Below are positions 27,837 to 37,018 of a stretch of DNA of 64,000 bases, piece after piece (position 1 is the first letter of the stretch; each line of letters opens with the position of its first letter). This stretch comes from Candidatus Caldarchaeum sp. (GTDB lineage Archaea > Thermoproteota > Nitrososphaeria_A > Caldarchaeales > Caldarchaeaceae). The stretch lies in contig JAWBKB010000001.1 of NCBI GenBank assembly GCA_038831915.1, positions 1 through 64,000 of the forward strand, read 5' to 3'. The position numbers and the translations under genes are program-made. Below the pieces are notes generated by a model, which made no database searches, had not been told where the DNA came from, and worked only from the letters and a program-made list of their open reading frames with translations.

Positions 27837-30157
27837 AAATTTCCGCTCTGAAAGTCGTTTTTATTTGTTGCGACGCTCCATAAATAATGCGGCGAAAGAT
27901 GTGATTTTGTTATCCGTATTTTTGTGGCGTCTTCAACTGCGTTAGCAATGGCTGCGGCGACAGGTATGAGCGGGCCTTCGCCCATTCCTTTAGCACCTAA
28001 TTCAGAAAACAGCGAGGGATTTTCAACATGATCAACGATTATCTCGGGTGTTTCCAAGCTGGTGGGTAAAAGATAGTCGCTTAGAGATGAGGTCAACAAT
28101 ATTCCATCACGGTCATAGACCATTTTTTCGTAAAGTGATGCGCCTAATCCCTGCAAAACACCGCCGATTATCTGCCCTTCGACGATTGATTTGTTCAGGA
28201 TTTTTCCACAGTCGTGAACAGCCACGTATCTTATAACTTTGACCTGATATGTGTCGGGGTCGATTTGCACGATTGCGACGTGAGCGGAGTTACCGTATGT
28301 GGCTGACATGTTGATTTCGCCTGGGCCTCCTGTGTTGAACGTCGGGAAATCGTAAAAAACTTCAGCCTGCAGAGTTCCGTGATTGCTCCGCGTCCGCACC
28401 ACATCCCGGTAAGCTTTCGCCGCAAGTTGAGCAAACGTCAGAGACATATCTGTTCCTTTGAGGACAATTTTTCCATCGTTTATTTCCAAGTCTTTTTCCG
28501 ATGCTTCGAGTAGGTTGGCGGCGAGCGAAAGAATTTTACCTCTTAGGATTTCACATGATTTTTTCACGGCGGCAACGGTTATTACGCTGAATCTGCTGGC
28601 CCATGTGCCGCCGTAAGGGCTTGGATAAATCATGTCGGAGTCGCCGAAAACTATTCTTACATTTTCGGGTCTAACACCCAGAGTTTCCATGACCACTTGG
28701 GTCAGAACGGTTTCGTGACCTTGTCCCTGAGGTATTGAAGCGGCGTAAACTGTTATCGTTCCAGACTCTTCAAGCCTGACGATTGCTCCTTCACCTGAAC
28801 CCGATGTTTCGAGTTCGGGAAACAAGAGCTTGTTTCGGGCCAAGTTAGTGACCGCGGGCTCAACCACGCAGGCCACGCCAATGCCAATATGGGGCAAGCC
28901 TTTGTATTTCTCGGGCTGAGCCAGCTCCCATGCCTTTAACAACACGTCGCGGTAGTTTCCACCGTCGTAAAGACTTCCGAACACCGTGCGGTACGACATC
29001 ATCTCACCGTCGACCATGTTCTTCAACCTGATTTCAACAGGCGATAGCCCAAGTTCTTTCGCCGCGATGTCCATCATTCTCTCGAGAACAAAGTATGCTT
29101 GCTGACATCCATAACCACGGACAGGGCCAGTCGGACATTTGTTCGTATAAACCACTTTCAACTCAACTTCGACGTTGCGGATATCATAGCAGCCCAGGTA
29201 AGTCATTAGAGACCGTATGACGCCGCCAGGGTCGGGTAAACGGGCGAAGGCCCCTACGTCCTCGATGAAACGTGTGCGGTATGCTGTGACTTTTCCCGTT
29301 TTTTCAAGCGCCATCTCAGCGAAAGTGACGCGGTTGGAGTTATGGGCCATCGCGGTTAAATGTTCCCGACGCGTTTCAACCCATTTAACGGGTCTTCCCA
29401 GCCGGAGAGCGGTGTAAGCGACGAGGAACACATATGGATAAAGCATTATCTTGACGCCGAACCCGCCTCCAATGTCTTTCTCAATGAACCGGAGCTTTTC
29501 AGACCTGATTCCAAGCGAATCGGCTATAATTTTTTTGAAAAGGAGAGGAGTTTGCTGGTTGTCGTAAATAGTTAGCGAGCCGTCCTTTGAAGGCACCGCG
29601 ACTACTCCCGAAGTCTCTATTGGTGATGAAACATACCTGTCGAATGCAAATTTTTCTTTGATTATTTTGTCGGCGTTGGCGAATGCTTCTTGGACTTTTC
29701 CGAATGAAAATTTTCGTTTGACCGCGAGGTTGGTTCCCAACTGTTCGTGAATAAGCGTTGATGTTTGGAGTGCTTCTTCGGGGTCGAGAACTGCGTCCAA
29801 AGGCTCGTATTCGACGGCAACATGCTCTGCCAAGTCGAATGCTTCTTCCCGTGATTCCGCGACCACCGCTGCGACAGCTTCGCCGTAGTAACGCACTTTG
29901 TCAACCGCTATTCCGTAGTAATGCACGTTTTTCATGAGTGTGTAAAGGGGCTTTGTATGCGATGCGATGGTTTTTCCGGTGAATACGTGAGCGCCTCTCC
30001 GAACAGCGTCCTCGTAGTCAATGTGTTTGAGCCTGGCGTGGCTATAAGGGCTTCTGACAAAAACTAAATGAAGCATTTTTGGAAAAACGATGTCATCGAC
30101 GTAAACGGCTTGACCCTTTAGGAACCGGGGGTCTTCGACTCTTTTCGATAAGGACAA
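27833..30157 (-). CDS. Xanthine dehydrogenase-family molybdopterin large subunit (CutA/CoxL/NdhL-like, not form I CODH)
   Basis: KRVED.RFL.G, IGGGFGVK, active-site loop PVRGYG, QGQGHET, ASR, GAKGMGE. Confidence 0.92.
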   Translation of the reverse strand: MSLSKRVEDPRFLKGQAVYVDDIVFPKMLHLVFVRSPYSHARLKHIDYEDAVRRGAHVFTGKTIASHTKPLYTLMKNVHYYGIAVDKVRYYGEAVAAVVAESREEAFDLAEHVAVEYEPLDAVLDPEEALQTSTLIHEQLGTNLAVKRKFSFGKVQEAFANADKIIKEKFAFDRYVSSPIETSGVVAVPSKDGSLTIYDNQQTPLLFKKIIADSLGIRSEKLRFIEKDIGGGFGVKIMLYPYVFLVAYTALRLGRPVKWVETRREHLTAMAHNSNRVTFAEMALEKTGKVTAYRTRFIEDVGAFARLPDPGGVIRSLMTYLGCYDIRNVEVELKVVYTNKCPTGPVRGYGCQQAYFVLERMMDIAAKELGLSPVEIRLKNMVDGEMMSYRTVFGSLYDGGNYRDVLLKAWELAQPEKYKGLPHIGIGVACVVEPAVTNLARNKLLFPELETSGSGEGAIVRLEESGTITVYAASIPQGQGHETVLTQVVMETLGVRPENVRIVFGDSDMIYPSPYGGTWASRFSVITVAAVKKSCEILRGKILSLAANLLEASEKDLEINDGKIVLKGTDMSLTFAQLAAKAYRDVVRTRSNHGTLQAEVFYDFPTFNTGGPGEINMSATYGNSAHVAIVQIDPDTYQVKVIRYVAVHDCGKILNKSIVEGQIIGGVLQGLGASLYEKMVYDRDGILLTSSLSDYLLPTSLETPEIIVDHVENPSLFSELGAKGMGEGPLIPVAAAIANAVEDATKIRITKSHLSPHYLWSVATNKNDFQSGNL

Positions 30158-30269
30158 CGTTTGCTGGTTTTTCGGCTGATTTTTATACCGTTTCTACAGC
30201 GTAGCATCCGTTGTTCTGTTTTCTGGACTTATTATGAACCCGTGGACAAGCGTAGTTTGAGGAGAAAAA

Positions 30270-31028
30270 ATGGAAAAACAGACATTGGCGTTGCTTAGTG
30301 TTTCGTTGACGGCGGTCGTTTTAGCTGCGGCCCTCACCATGGTGACTTTAGCTGACGGCAGACAGTTCCAAACATTGAATACTAATGGACAGAATTCACA
30401 GGCTGAATCATTTATTTCGGTCATGGGCTCAGCTCAAACAACCATCGTGCCAGACACAGTCGTGCTGATGTTCATGGTCGAGGAACGGGCGCCAACCCCT
30501 TCAGAAGCATTAGCCCGTGTGTCATCGGCTGCTAACAACGTCGTCTCAACTATTTTGCGGCTTGGAATAAGCTCGGACGACGTCAAAACAACAGGGCTTA
30601 ACATCTATCCTGAATACGTTTACAGAGAAAGAGAGCCGCCGCAAATCGTCGGATACATAGCAACCTACTCCATAGAGGTGAAAACAAAGAAAATCGTCGA
30701 CGCGGGCGCACTGGTAGAGTCGGCTGTCAATGCTGGGGCAGACTACATTACCGGTATCTATTTCACGGCGTCTGCTGAACAACTCGGCAAAGTCTACAAA
30801 CAGCTTCTCGCAGCAGCTGTTGGCGACGCGGAATCCAAGCTGGAGGCAGTTCTCGCGCCTTTGGGCATGAAGAAAATTGGTGTAAAATCTGTGTCGATAA
30901 TGGATTCCACTCCCGCTGTGCCGCATAGGGCTGCGGCTGAAGCGACAACTGCTCCGCCGCCGATACTTCCCGGAACAACGACGTACACACTTTCGGTAAC
31001 CATCACCTACGTCATCGCGCCGCGTTAA
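30270..31028 (+). CDS. SIMPL (DUF541) domain protein
   Basis: Signal/TM, ISVMG...VPD, PEY...IVGY, PILPG. Confidence 0.85.
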   Translation: MEKQTLALLSVSLTAVVLAAALTMVTLADGRQFQTLNTNGQNSQAESFISVMGSAQTTIVPDTVVLMFMVEERAPTPSEALARVSSAANNVVSTILRLGISSDDVKTTGLNIYPEYVYREREPPQIVGYIATYSIEVKTKKIVDAGALVESAVNAGADYITGIYFTASAEQLGKVYKQLLAAAVGDAESKLEAVLAPLGMKKIGVKSVSIMDSTPAVPHRAAAEATTAPPPILPGTTTYTLSVTITYVIAPR

Positions 31029-31071
31029 CACTCCAACTACATTTTTTTCTTAGCTTTTTTTTCGTCTATGC

Positions 31072-31929
31072 ATGGCTAAATTTTTCTACGTAGCACAGGG
31101 CGCGGCAGCCGGCTTTTTCTTCGGAACAGCCTCTATCTTCGTACGTCTGCTGCCTGGTCTCGACGCCTTCACAATCGTCGTATTCCGCGTATTGATTGCT
31201 TCGGCTTTTCTATGGATAATTGGGTTGACGTTTTTCAGGGCTGAAATTTTGAAAGTTTTCAGACGCTTTGGATTTCAGCTTTTCATCGTTGGGTTTCTTC
31301 TTGGTATGCATCTGATCTTTTTTGTTCTCGGAGTCCAGAACACTTCGGTTGTCAACGCGACTACCTTGGTGAACACGACGCCAGCGATGGCTCTAGTTAT
31401 TGGCTGGGCGTTCAAATGGATTAGACCGTCGAACATAAACATCATCGGTCTTGCTCTGGCCGTTGCCGGCTCTGCAGTCATGACATTAGGCGAATTCTCC
31501 ACACAGTCTCAGAGTTTTCTCGGAGATGTTTACGCGGTTTTGGGAGCTTTTTTCTGGGCGCTTTACCTCGTTTTCGGCAAAAAAGTGAGAGAAGAGGTGA
31601 ACATCTTCGCGGTTCTCGGGCCTTTATACATGTTTACTTCGCTGCCAGCAGTGGCTGTTGCTTGTGGATTGGGCGAAGGCCTCGCTATGCCTAAACAAGA
31701 CCAAATCTATCCTTTGCTTGGACTGGCTTTTTTCCCCACGGTCCTAGGTCACGGGCTTCAGTTTTCAAGCCTCCGCGGCCTCCATCCCTACCAGGCTTCT
31801 TCTCTAGCTCTTCTCGAACCAATTGTCGCTACAATCATAGCGGCAATTCTTCTCGCTGAAATCGCCGATCCAATCACCTACGTCGCCGCAGCTATCGTAA
31901 TAACTGGAATCTATCTTGTCATTAGGTAG
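31072..31929 (+). CDS. DMT/EamA transporter
   Basis: Ten TM segments, two EamA repeats, LLEP motif. Confidence 0.88.
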   Translation: MAKFFYVAQGAAAGFFFGTASIFVRLLPGLDAFTIVVFRVLIASAFLWIIGLTFFRAEILKVFRRFGFQLFIVGFLLGMHLIFFVLGVQNTSVVNATTLVNTTPAMALVIGWAFKWIRPSNINIIGLALAVAGSAVMTLGEFSTQSQSFLGDVYAVLGAFFWALYLVFGKKVREEVNIFAVLGPLYMFTSLPAVAVACGLGEGLAMPKQDQIYPLLGLAFFPTVLGHGLQFSSLRGLHPYQASSLALLEPIVATIIAAILLAEIADPITYVAAAIVITGIYLVIR

Positions 31930-32855
31930 TCTAGTAAAATTTTCGAAGCCGCTGCGTCCTGTACAGCTAGGCCCACGCTTTTGAACAAGGTGATTTCGTC
32001 CTCTTTCTCCCTGCCGGGCTTAAGGCCTGCCGCGATTTCACCGATTTCTGCGTAAATGTTTTCGAACTTCATCAACCCGAGCTCTATAGGTTTCAACACG
32101 TCGCCAGCTTCTTCCTTAACTGCTTCACGCGAATCAACTACGAGTTTGGAACGAGCTGTCAGAACTGGGTCTATTTCAACCATTTCAGGTGTGTAGCCGC
32201 CTATAGCGGAAATATGAATTCCCGATTTCACCCATCCATTAGAGACTACGGGTGTTTTGGAAGTCGTCACAGTCACGATGACGTCCGACCATTTTACCAG
32301 CTCTTCGGCGGAAGCGGCTGGCTTAACATCGTATCCCATCCGACCTATTTCTGCGATGAATTCCTCCAACCGCCGCCGGTCGACATCATAGACCATGAAT
32401 TTCGAGCCGGGATAGTTAGCGGCGACAACCTTGAGCTGCCATCGGGCCTGATAACCCGCGCCGATGATTCCCACTTTGGTGAAATGTCTGGGTGCGAGAT
32501 GTTTTATGGACACAGCAGTTGCGGCAGCCGTTCGAAGGCCCGTGAGTGCTCGCGCTTCGGCGACGAACTTTGGAACACCTGTTTCAGCCTCGAGAACGAT
32601 GACGGTTGCGTTGATTGTTGGGATGCCTTTGTCGACGTTTCCGGGGTAAACCGTCACAAGCTTCAAGCTGAAGATTTTCATGTCGGGAACGAGGCACGGC
32701 ATCATCAAAATGTCCCCGTCTTTTGCTGGAATCCTTGACCGAACAGGCATCACGACCTTGCCCAAGCTATATAGGATGTAAGCACGTTCAACGGCTTCAA
32801 CAACTTTCAAAGGGTCAACGAGCTCCGCAACATCCGCATCTGTCAAAACTTTCAT
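31911..32855 (-). CDS. Ornithine cyclodeaminase / mu-crystallin family protein (archaeal alanine dehydrogenase-like)
   Basis: KLVTVYPGN, LTGLRTAA, GAGYQA, FKSVGLAVQD; start placed at ATG 32855. Confidence 0.9.
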   Translation of the reverse strand: MKVLTDADVAELVDPLKVVEAVERAYILYSLGKVVMPVRSRIPAKDGDILMMPCLVPDMKIFSLKLVTVYPGNVDKGIPTINATVIVLEAETGVPKFVAEARALTGLRTAAATAVSIKHLAPRHFTKVGIIGAGYQARWQLKVVAANYPGSKFMVYDVDRRRLEEFIAEIGRMGYDVKPAASAEELVKWSDVIVTVTTSKTPVVSNGWVKSGIHISAIGGYTPEMVEIDPVLTARSKLVVDSREAVKEEAGDVLKPIELGLMKFENIYAEIGEIAAGLKPGREKEDEITLFKSVGLAVQDAAASKILLDYLMTR

Positions 32856-32930
32856 ACGAGAAAACGGCTGAGGCTGTTTATATTTGTGTGGAAAGCACAT
32901 GTATAAAAGCGGTTTCAGCAACTGGATGAT

Positions 32931-35243
32931 GTGGTGTTTCGCCCCGCGGCTGCCGCGCTGTTACTGGCCATGTTACTACTCTACGTGCCAGCGGAGCCGA
33001 AGGAAAAATGGGTCGAAATAATCAGCGAACAGCCGCTATATTTCCCGAGTTATTCTCCTGTCGAGGTCGTGGACGGTGTTTTTACGGCCAAAGTGCCTGA
33101 ATCAGTTTATCGAAGGCTGAGAGAGGCCGGGGCGCCTGTTAACCGACCGAGAATGTTTTATCCTCTCCTCGATGTCAGCACGGTTGAAATCGGGTTAGAC
33201 CATCTTGCGAACTTGAGCGGCGTAAACGCTGAAGCGGTGGACGGCAGAGGTGTTCTCATAGCCGTCATCGACACAGGTGTGGACTACACTCATCCAGCGT
33301 TCAAATCCAGCGATGGGCGGCCGCGAATTCTCTACATCTGGGACCAAACAATCGGCGGAAGACCGCCGGTTGAATTCGGCTACGGTTACGAATGCACATC
33401 ACAGGAAATAGCTTCGGATACCTGTCCCCAGAAGGACACGGTCGGACATGGCACTCTCGTTGCATCAGTTGCGGCTGGTGGTGCATACGGCGAATGGACC
33501 TTGAAAGGTGTCGCACCAGGAGCCGAGTTAATTGTCGTGAAGTCGGGCGGGCCCGCATGCGATGGACGGAGATGGTTTTTCAGCGAAAAAGGACTGCTTG
33601 ACGGAATTTCCTACGCGGTTCAGAAAGCGTCAAGCCTCGGTCGAAGGCTCGTAGTGGCTCTCAGCCTCGGCACCGACATCGGCCCACATGATGGAAGCAC
33701 GCCACTGGAAAAAGCACTCGACAGATGGGCTGAGCAGGGAATTGTTTTCGTGGTAGCGGCGGGAAACAGCGCAAACGACTCAAGACATGCGGAAGGAACG
33801 CTGAAAAAGGGAACACCATTGACGCTTCGATGGACCGTCCCCACAGAAACAAAAACAATCAGCATATCCTTCGTAACGTTCCATTCGAATCAACTCGAAA
33901 TGACAGTAGTTACTCCGACCGGTGGTGTCATAGGTGTGAAAGTTAACGGGTCAAACGAGGCTGAGGGGGTTTTGGTCGAGTCAACGTCGACAAGAAGCGG
34001 AAGAATCCGTGAAATACTCGTGGATGTTTCTTCGAACCCGTTAAGACCCGGGATATGGAGCCTAACCGTTGCGCCGACCGAGGTCATCGAAGACCGATGG
34101 CATGCATGGATACAGTCAGACACATGCGACTACGAATCCGAAACTTTCATCTCTTCGCCAGACTACGAAATCACCCCAACGTCGACCGTGACAATTCCAG
34201 GCACTGCGAAAAACGTGTTAACGGTGGGCGCTTACACAAGCAAGACGACTTGGACAGCGTCGGGACGAACTTGGACAGTCTACGGAGAAATTGGAAACAT
34301 CGAGTTTTACAGCGGAAGAGGCCCGACAATCGATGGAAGAACGAAACCCGACATCGTTGCTCCGGGTGGAATAATTATCGCAGCAGGCTCGAAAGACATG
34401 CCGAGTCAAAGCTTCAGCCCAGGACCGCGATACGCCGTCAGTAGGGGAACGAGCATGGCCGCGCCACATGCGGCCGGCGTCGCTGCCTTAATGCTCCAGC
34501 TCGCTCCAGACCTCGCGCCCGACGAGCTGTTTCTCGCAATCAAAAGAAATGCCCGAACAGATTTCTTTACAGGAGAACGGGTCTCAGAAGGTTCGAATAT
34601 CTGGGGATGGGGGAAGATAAACGCCGCAATTGCTTATGTTTTTGAAGCAGAATTTTCTGGAAGAGTTGCCGAGGCGCAGCCGACCCTTTACCTGAACGGC
34701 ACACCTCTCGCGAACATTACTTCAGCAGGGGTATCGAAAATCGTTCTTCTCAAAAACACTATCGCCAACATAACTGTGGCATCCAGCGTCTCAGACCAAT
34801 TCACAAAATACGTGGTCGAGCCATCAACCGCGATGGTGTCAACACCGACTGGCCGAAACGAATTCAAAGCCGTGGCCCAGCACAAAATAACTGTGTTGCA
34901 TCCCAACGGCTCGATTTTGGGAACAAGTTGGCAGAAGGAAGGAGAAATACTTGATGTCAACAGGCTTGCTTCACTTTTCAGCTTAAGAGAGCGTGTAATC
35001 GGCTACGTAGACGAAAACGGGATAACGCAGAGAACGGTCTTCGTTGAGGTGGACCGCCCCAGAACAATTACGCTTCTTTTTGAGCGGCGAAACATCCTGA
35101 TTCCGGTTTTGGGATTGTTGGCTGCCCTGATTTTAGCAGGTGTTTTGGCTTGGCTTCTGTTGTTTCTCTACAGGAGCTCTGGAAAGAAAAGACACGACGA
35201 GGCCTTCGTCGACGACGCATTTGCCGTTTTCATCGACCGCTGA
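32931..35243 (+). CDS. S8 subtilase with an inserted domain (CspA/B-like architecture), signal peptide and C-terminal TM anchor
   Basis: VIDTG, GHGT, AAGNS, ~140-aa insertion, KPDIVAPG, GTSMAAPH. Confidence 0.9.
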   Translation: MVFRPAAAALLLAMLLLYVPAEPKEKWVEIISEQPLYFPSYSPVEVVDGVFTAKVPESVYRRLREAGAPVNRPRMFYPLLDVSTVEIGLDHLANLSGVNAEAVDGRGVLIAVIDTGVDYTHPAFKSSDGRPRILYIWDQTIGGRPPVEFGYGYECTSQEIASDTCPQKDTVGHGTLVASVAAGGAYGEWTLKGVAPGAELIVVKSGGPACDGRRWFFSEKGLLDGISYAVQKASSLGRRLVVALSLGTDIGPHDGSTPLEKALDRWAEQGIVFVVAAGNSANDSRHAEGTLKKGTPLTLRWTVPTETKTISISFVTFHSNQLEMTVVTPTGGVIGVKVNGSNEAEGVLVESTSTRSGRIREILVDVSSNPLRPGIWSLTVAPTEVIEDRWHAWIQSDTCDYESETFISSPDYEITPTSTVTIPGTAKNVLTVGAYTSKTTWTASGRTWTVYGEIGNIEFYSGRGPTIDGRTKPDIVAPGGIIIAAGSKDMPSQSFSPGPRYAVSRGTSMAAPHAAGVAALMLQLAPDLAPDELFLAIKRNARTDFFTGERVSEGSNIWGWGKINAAIAYVFEAEFSGRVAEAQPTLYLNGTPLANITSAGVSKIVLLKNTIANITVASSVSDQFTKYVVEPSTAMVSTPTGRNEFKAVAQHKITVLHPNGSILGTSWQKEGEILDVNRLASLFSLRERVIGYVDENGITQRTVFVEVDRPRTITLLFERRNILIPVLGLLAALILAGVLAWLLLFLYRSSGKKRHDEAFVDDAFAVFIDR

Positions 35244-35819
35244 AACGGTGAACAAGGGATGATATCTGTTTGCGGGAATGTTGCGAGGCCTTGGATAGCC
35301 TGCGAACGCGAGGTCAAGAATAACATAGCAAGCGACCACGGTTGTTCCACATCGCTCGAGAAGGTCGACGGCGGTTTGTATGGTCGTCGAAGTTCTTCTC
35401 ACGTCATCAACCAAAAGAACTTTGCCAAACTGTGAAGCAACCGGCCGGTCAACATGAAGAGTGACGGGCCTGCCCTCGGTGAAGGAAATTCCTTCAGCGG
35501 TTATTGGCGTTTCGAAGATGAGCTTTGAGGTTTTGTGGATTGAGAAATAGGGTTTTCCCAATTCGTAGGATATGGCGAACCCATATTTTGCTCCGGATGT
35601 TTCGATGGAGGCCACCGCGTCAACTTGGTAACCGTTTTCAACGCTGTGTATTTTGATGAGTTTCGCCAACGCCTGGTAAATTTCAGGCTGGTGAACGATG
35701 TTGAGCCAGCTTATGCGGAGTATGCGTTTCCCTGCCACGGGAATTACGTGAACGGAACTTCCTGTCCGCAACCCGTCTAATACGTTTGAAAGAACTTGGA
35801 TGTATCGTGGTTGCTCCAC
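35133..35819 (-). CDS. Type I phosphoribosyltransferase (purine PRT-like)
   Basis: IETSG loop and PRPP motif VLLVDDVRRTSTT. Confidence 0.8.
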   Translation of the reverse strand: MEQPRYIQVLSNVLDGLRTGSSVHVIPVAGKRILRISWLNIVHQPEIYQALAKLIKIHSVENGYQVDAVASIETSGAKYGFAISYELGKPYFSIHKTSKLIFETPITAEGISFTEGRPVTLHVDRPVASQFGKVLLVDDVRRTSTTIQTAVDLLERCGTTVVACYVILDLAFAGYPRPRNIPANRYHPLFTVSAVDENGKCVVDEGLVVSFLSRAPVEKQQKPSQNTC

Positions 35820-35840
35820 GTTTCCAACTCTGTGACGCGG

Positions 35841-36971
35841 TTAATTAATTGTGCGTTTCTCAGGCGGCAACTTAACCGTAGCAATCAGAGCTGCAGCGGT
35901 GAGGGGAAGCGCGGCAAGTGTCAGAAACGTTGATTGGTAACTGAATGCGTCGATTCCAAGCCCTATGAACGGGACGGCGATGTTGGCAACCCCGAACGTG
36001 AAGCCGTAGATAAGTGCTGATGCCATTCCGAGACGCGACGGCGACAAATCGTGCGACACCGCGACCAACACAGGATGCGATGCAAAGAGGCTGAAACCAA
36101 TCAGAGGAAATGTCAGCCATGCAAACTCGACAGGGCTTAGAACCGCGACGGGAATCAAGACAGCGGCTATAATTAGGAAAATCTTCACCGTGTTTATCTT
36201 GCCTATTCTGTCGCCGAGAAACCCGGCTGAAATCATCCCAAACGCTCCTGCTAGAATGGTCGTGGTCAACACTCCACCTGAATATGTAAGTGACTGGCCT
36301 TTCGACGCCAGATACAGCGGTAGATACGTCATGATGGTAAGGTTTGCAGAGGCTCTGAGAAACGATACGCTGATGATTTTCGACAACAATTTCACAACAT
36401 TAGTTAATGGTTCAGGCTTCGTTAAGGGCTGTGGGTTTGAATGTGTTTTGACGACTTTTATGGTGACTATTGCCGCGGCTATTGGGAGGAACAGTAAAGC
36501 TGCTGTTCCATTTAGTCCGAAGAACGCGATGGCCGCCGTAGAGATGAACGAACCGGCTGCCAAGCCAAGGTCTCCGCCCGTCATGAAAAACGAAATTGAT
36601 GAAGACCGTTTGGACGCTATGGAGCTTAACGCAGTGGCGATGGGATGGAATAACGCGGAACCAACGCCGCCGCCAAAAGCCAGAACCAGAAACAACCAAT
36701 AGTTTCCCACGAATCCAATAGATGCGACTGCAACACCTCCCATGACCAAGCCTAACGGAACAAGCAGACCCAAGTTTTTTCTGTCATGAAAATGTCCCAC
36801 GATTATCTGGAGAAATGAAGCGGTCATCATGTAAACGGCTGGAATCAATCCGAGAGCCGCGGTGGAAAGACCGTAATGTGCCGCTAGAACGGGAAGAAGC
36901 GGCGGAAGGCTTGTGTAGAGGCTGTCATTGGCGAAATGGGCGAAAAACAGCCTATTTGTCTGACGGAACAA
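35841..36971 (-). CDS. MFS transporter (Fsr-like)
   Basis: AHFAND..LPPLLP, GSALFHP, GFLGDRIG; start placed at TTG 36971 to avoid head-to-head overlap. Confidence 0.85.
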   Translation of the reverse strand: MFRQTNRLFFAHFANDSLYTSLPPLLPVLAAHYGLSTAALGLIPAVYMMTASFLQIIVGHFHDRKNLGLLVPLGLVMGGVAVASIGFVGNYWLFLVLAFGGGVGSALFHPIATALSSIASKRSSSISFFMTGGDLGLAAGSFISTAAIAFFGLNGTAALLFLPIAAAIVTIKVVKTHSNPQPLTKPEPLTNVVKLLSKIISVSFLRASANLTIMTYLPLYLASKGQSLTYSGGVLTTTILAGAFGMISAGFLGDRIGKINTVKIFLIIAAVLIPVAVLSPVEFAWLTFPLIGFSLFASHPVLVAVSHDLSPSRLGMASALIYGFTFGVANIAVPFIGLGIDAFSYQSTFLTLAALPLTAAALIATVKLPPEKRTIN

Positions 36972-37018
36972 TTCCGCCGCAAACGCCTGAAAGCCGTATT
37001 TGATGTTTACGGACGTCG

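Noticed and set aside
27833-30157. Aerobic CO dehydrogenase
   Set aside because: It lacks the AYxCSFR loop, and there are no coxM/S or accessory genes in the window.
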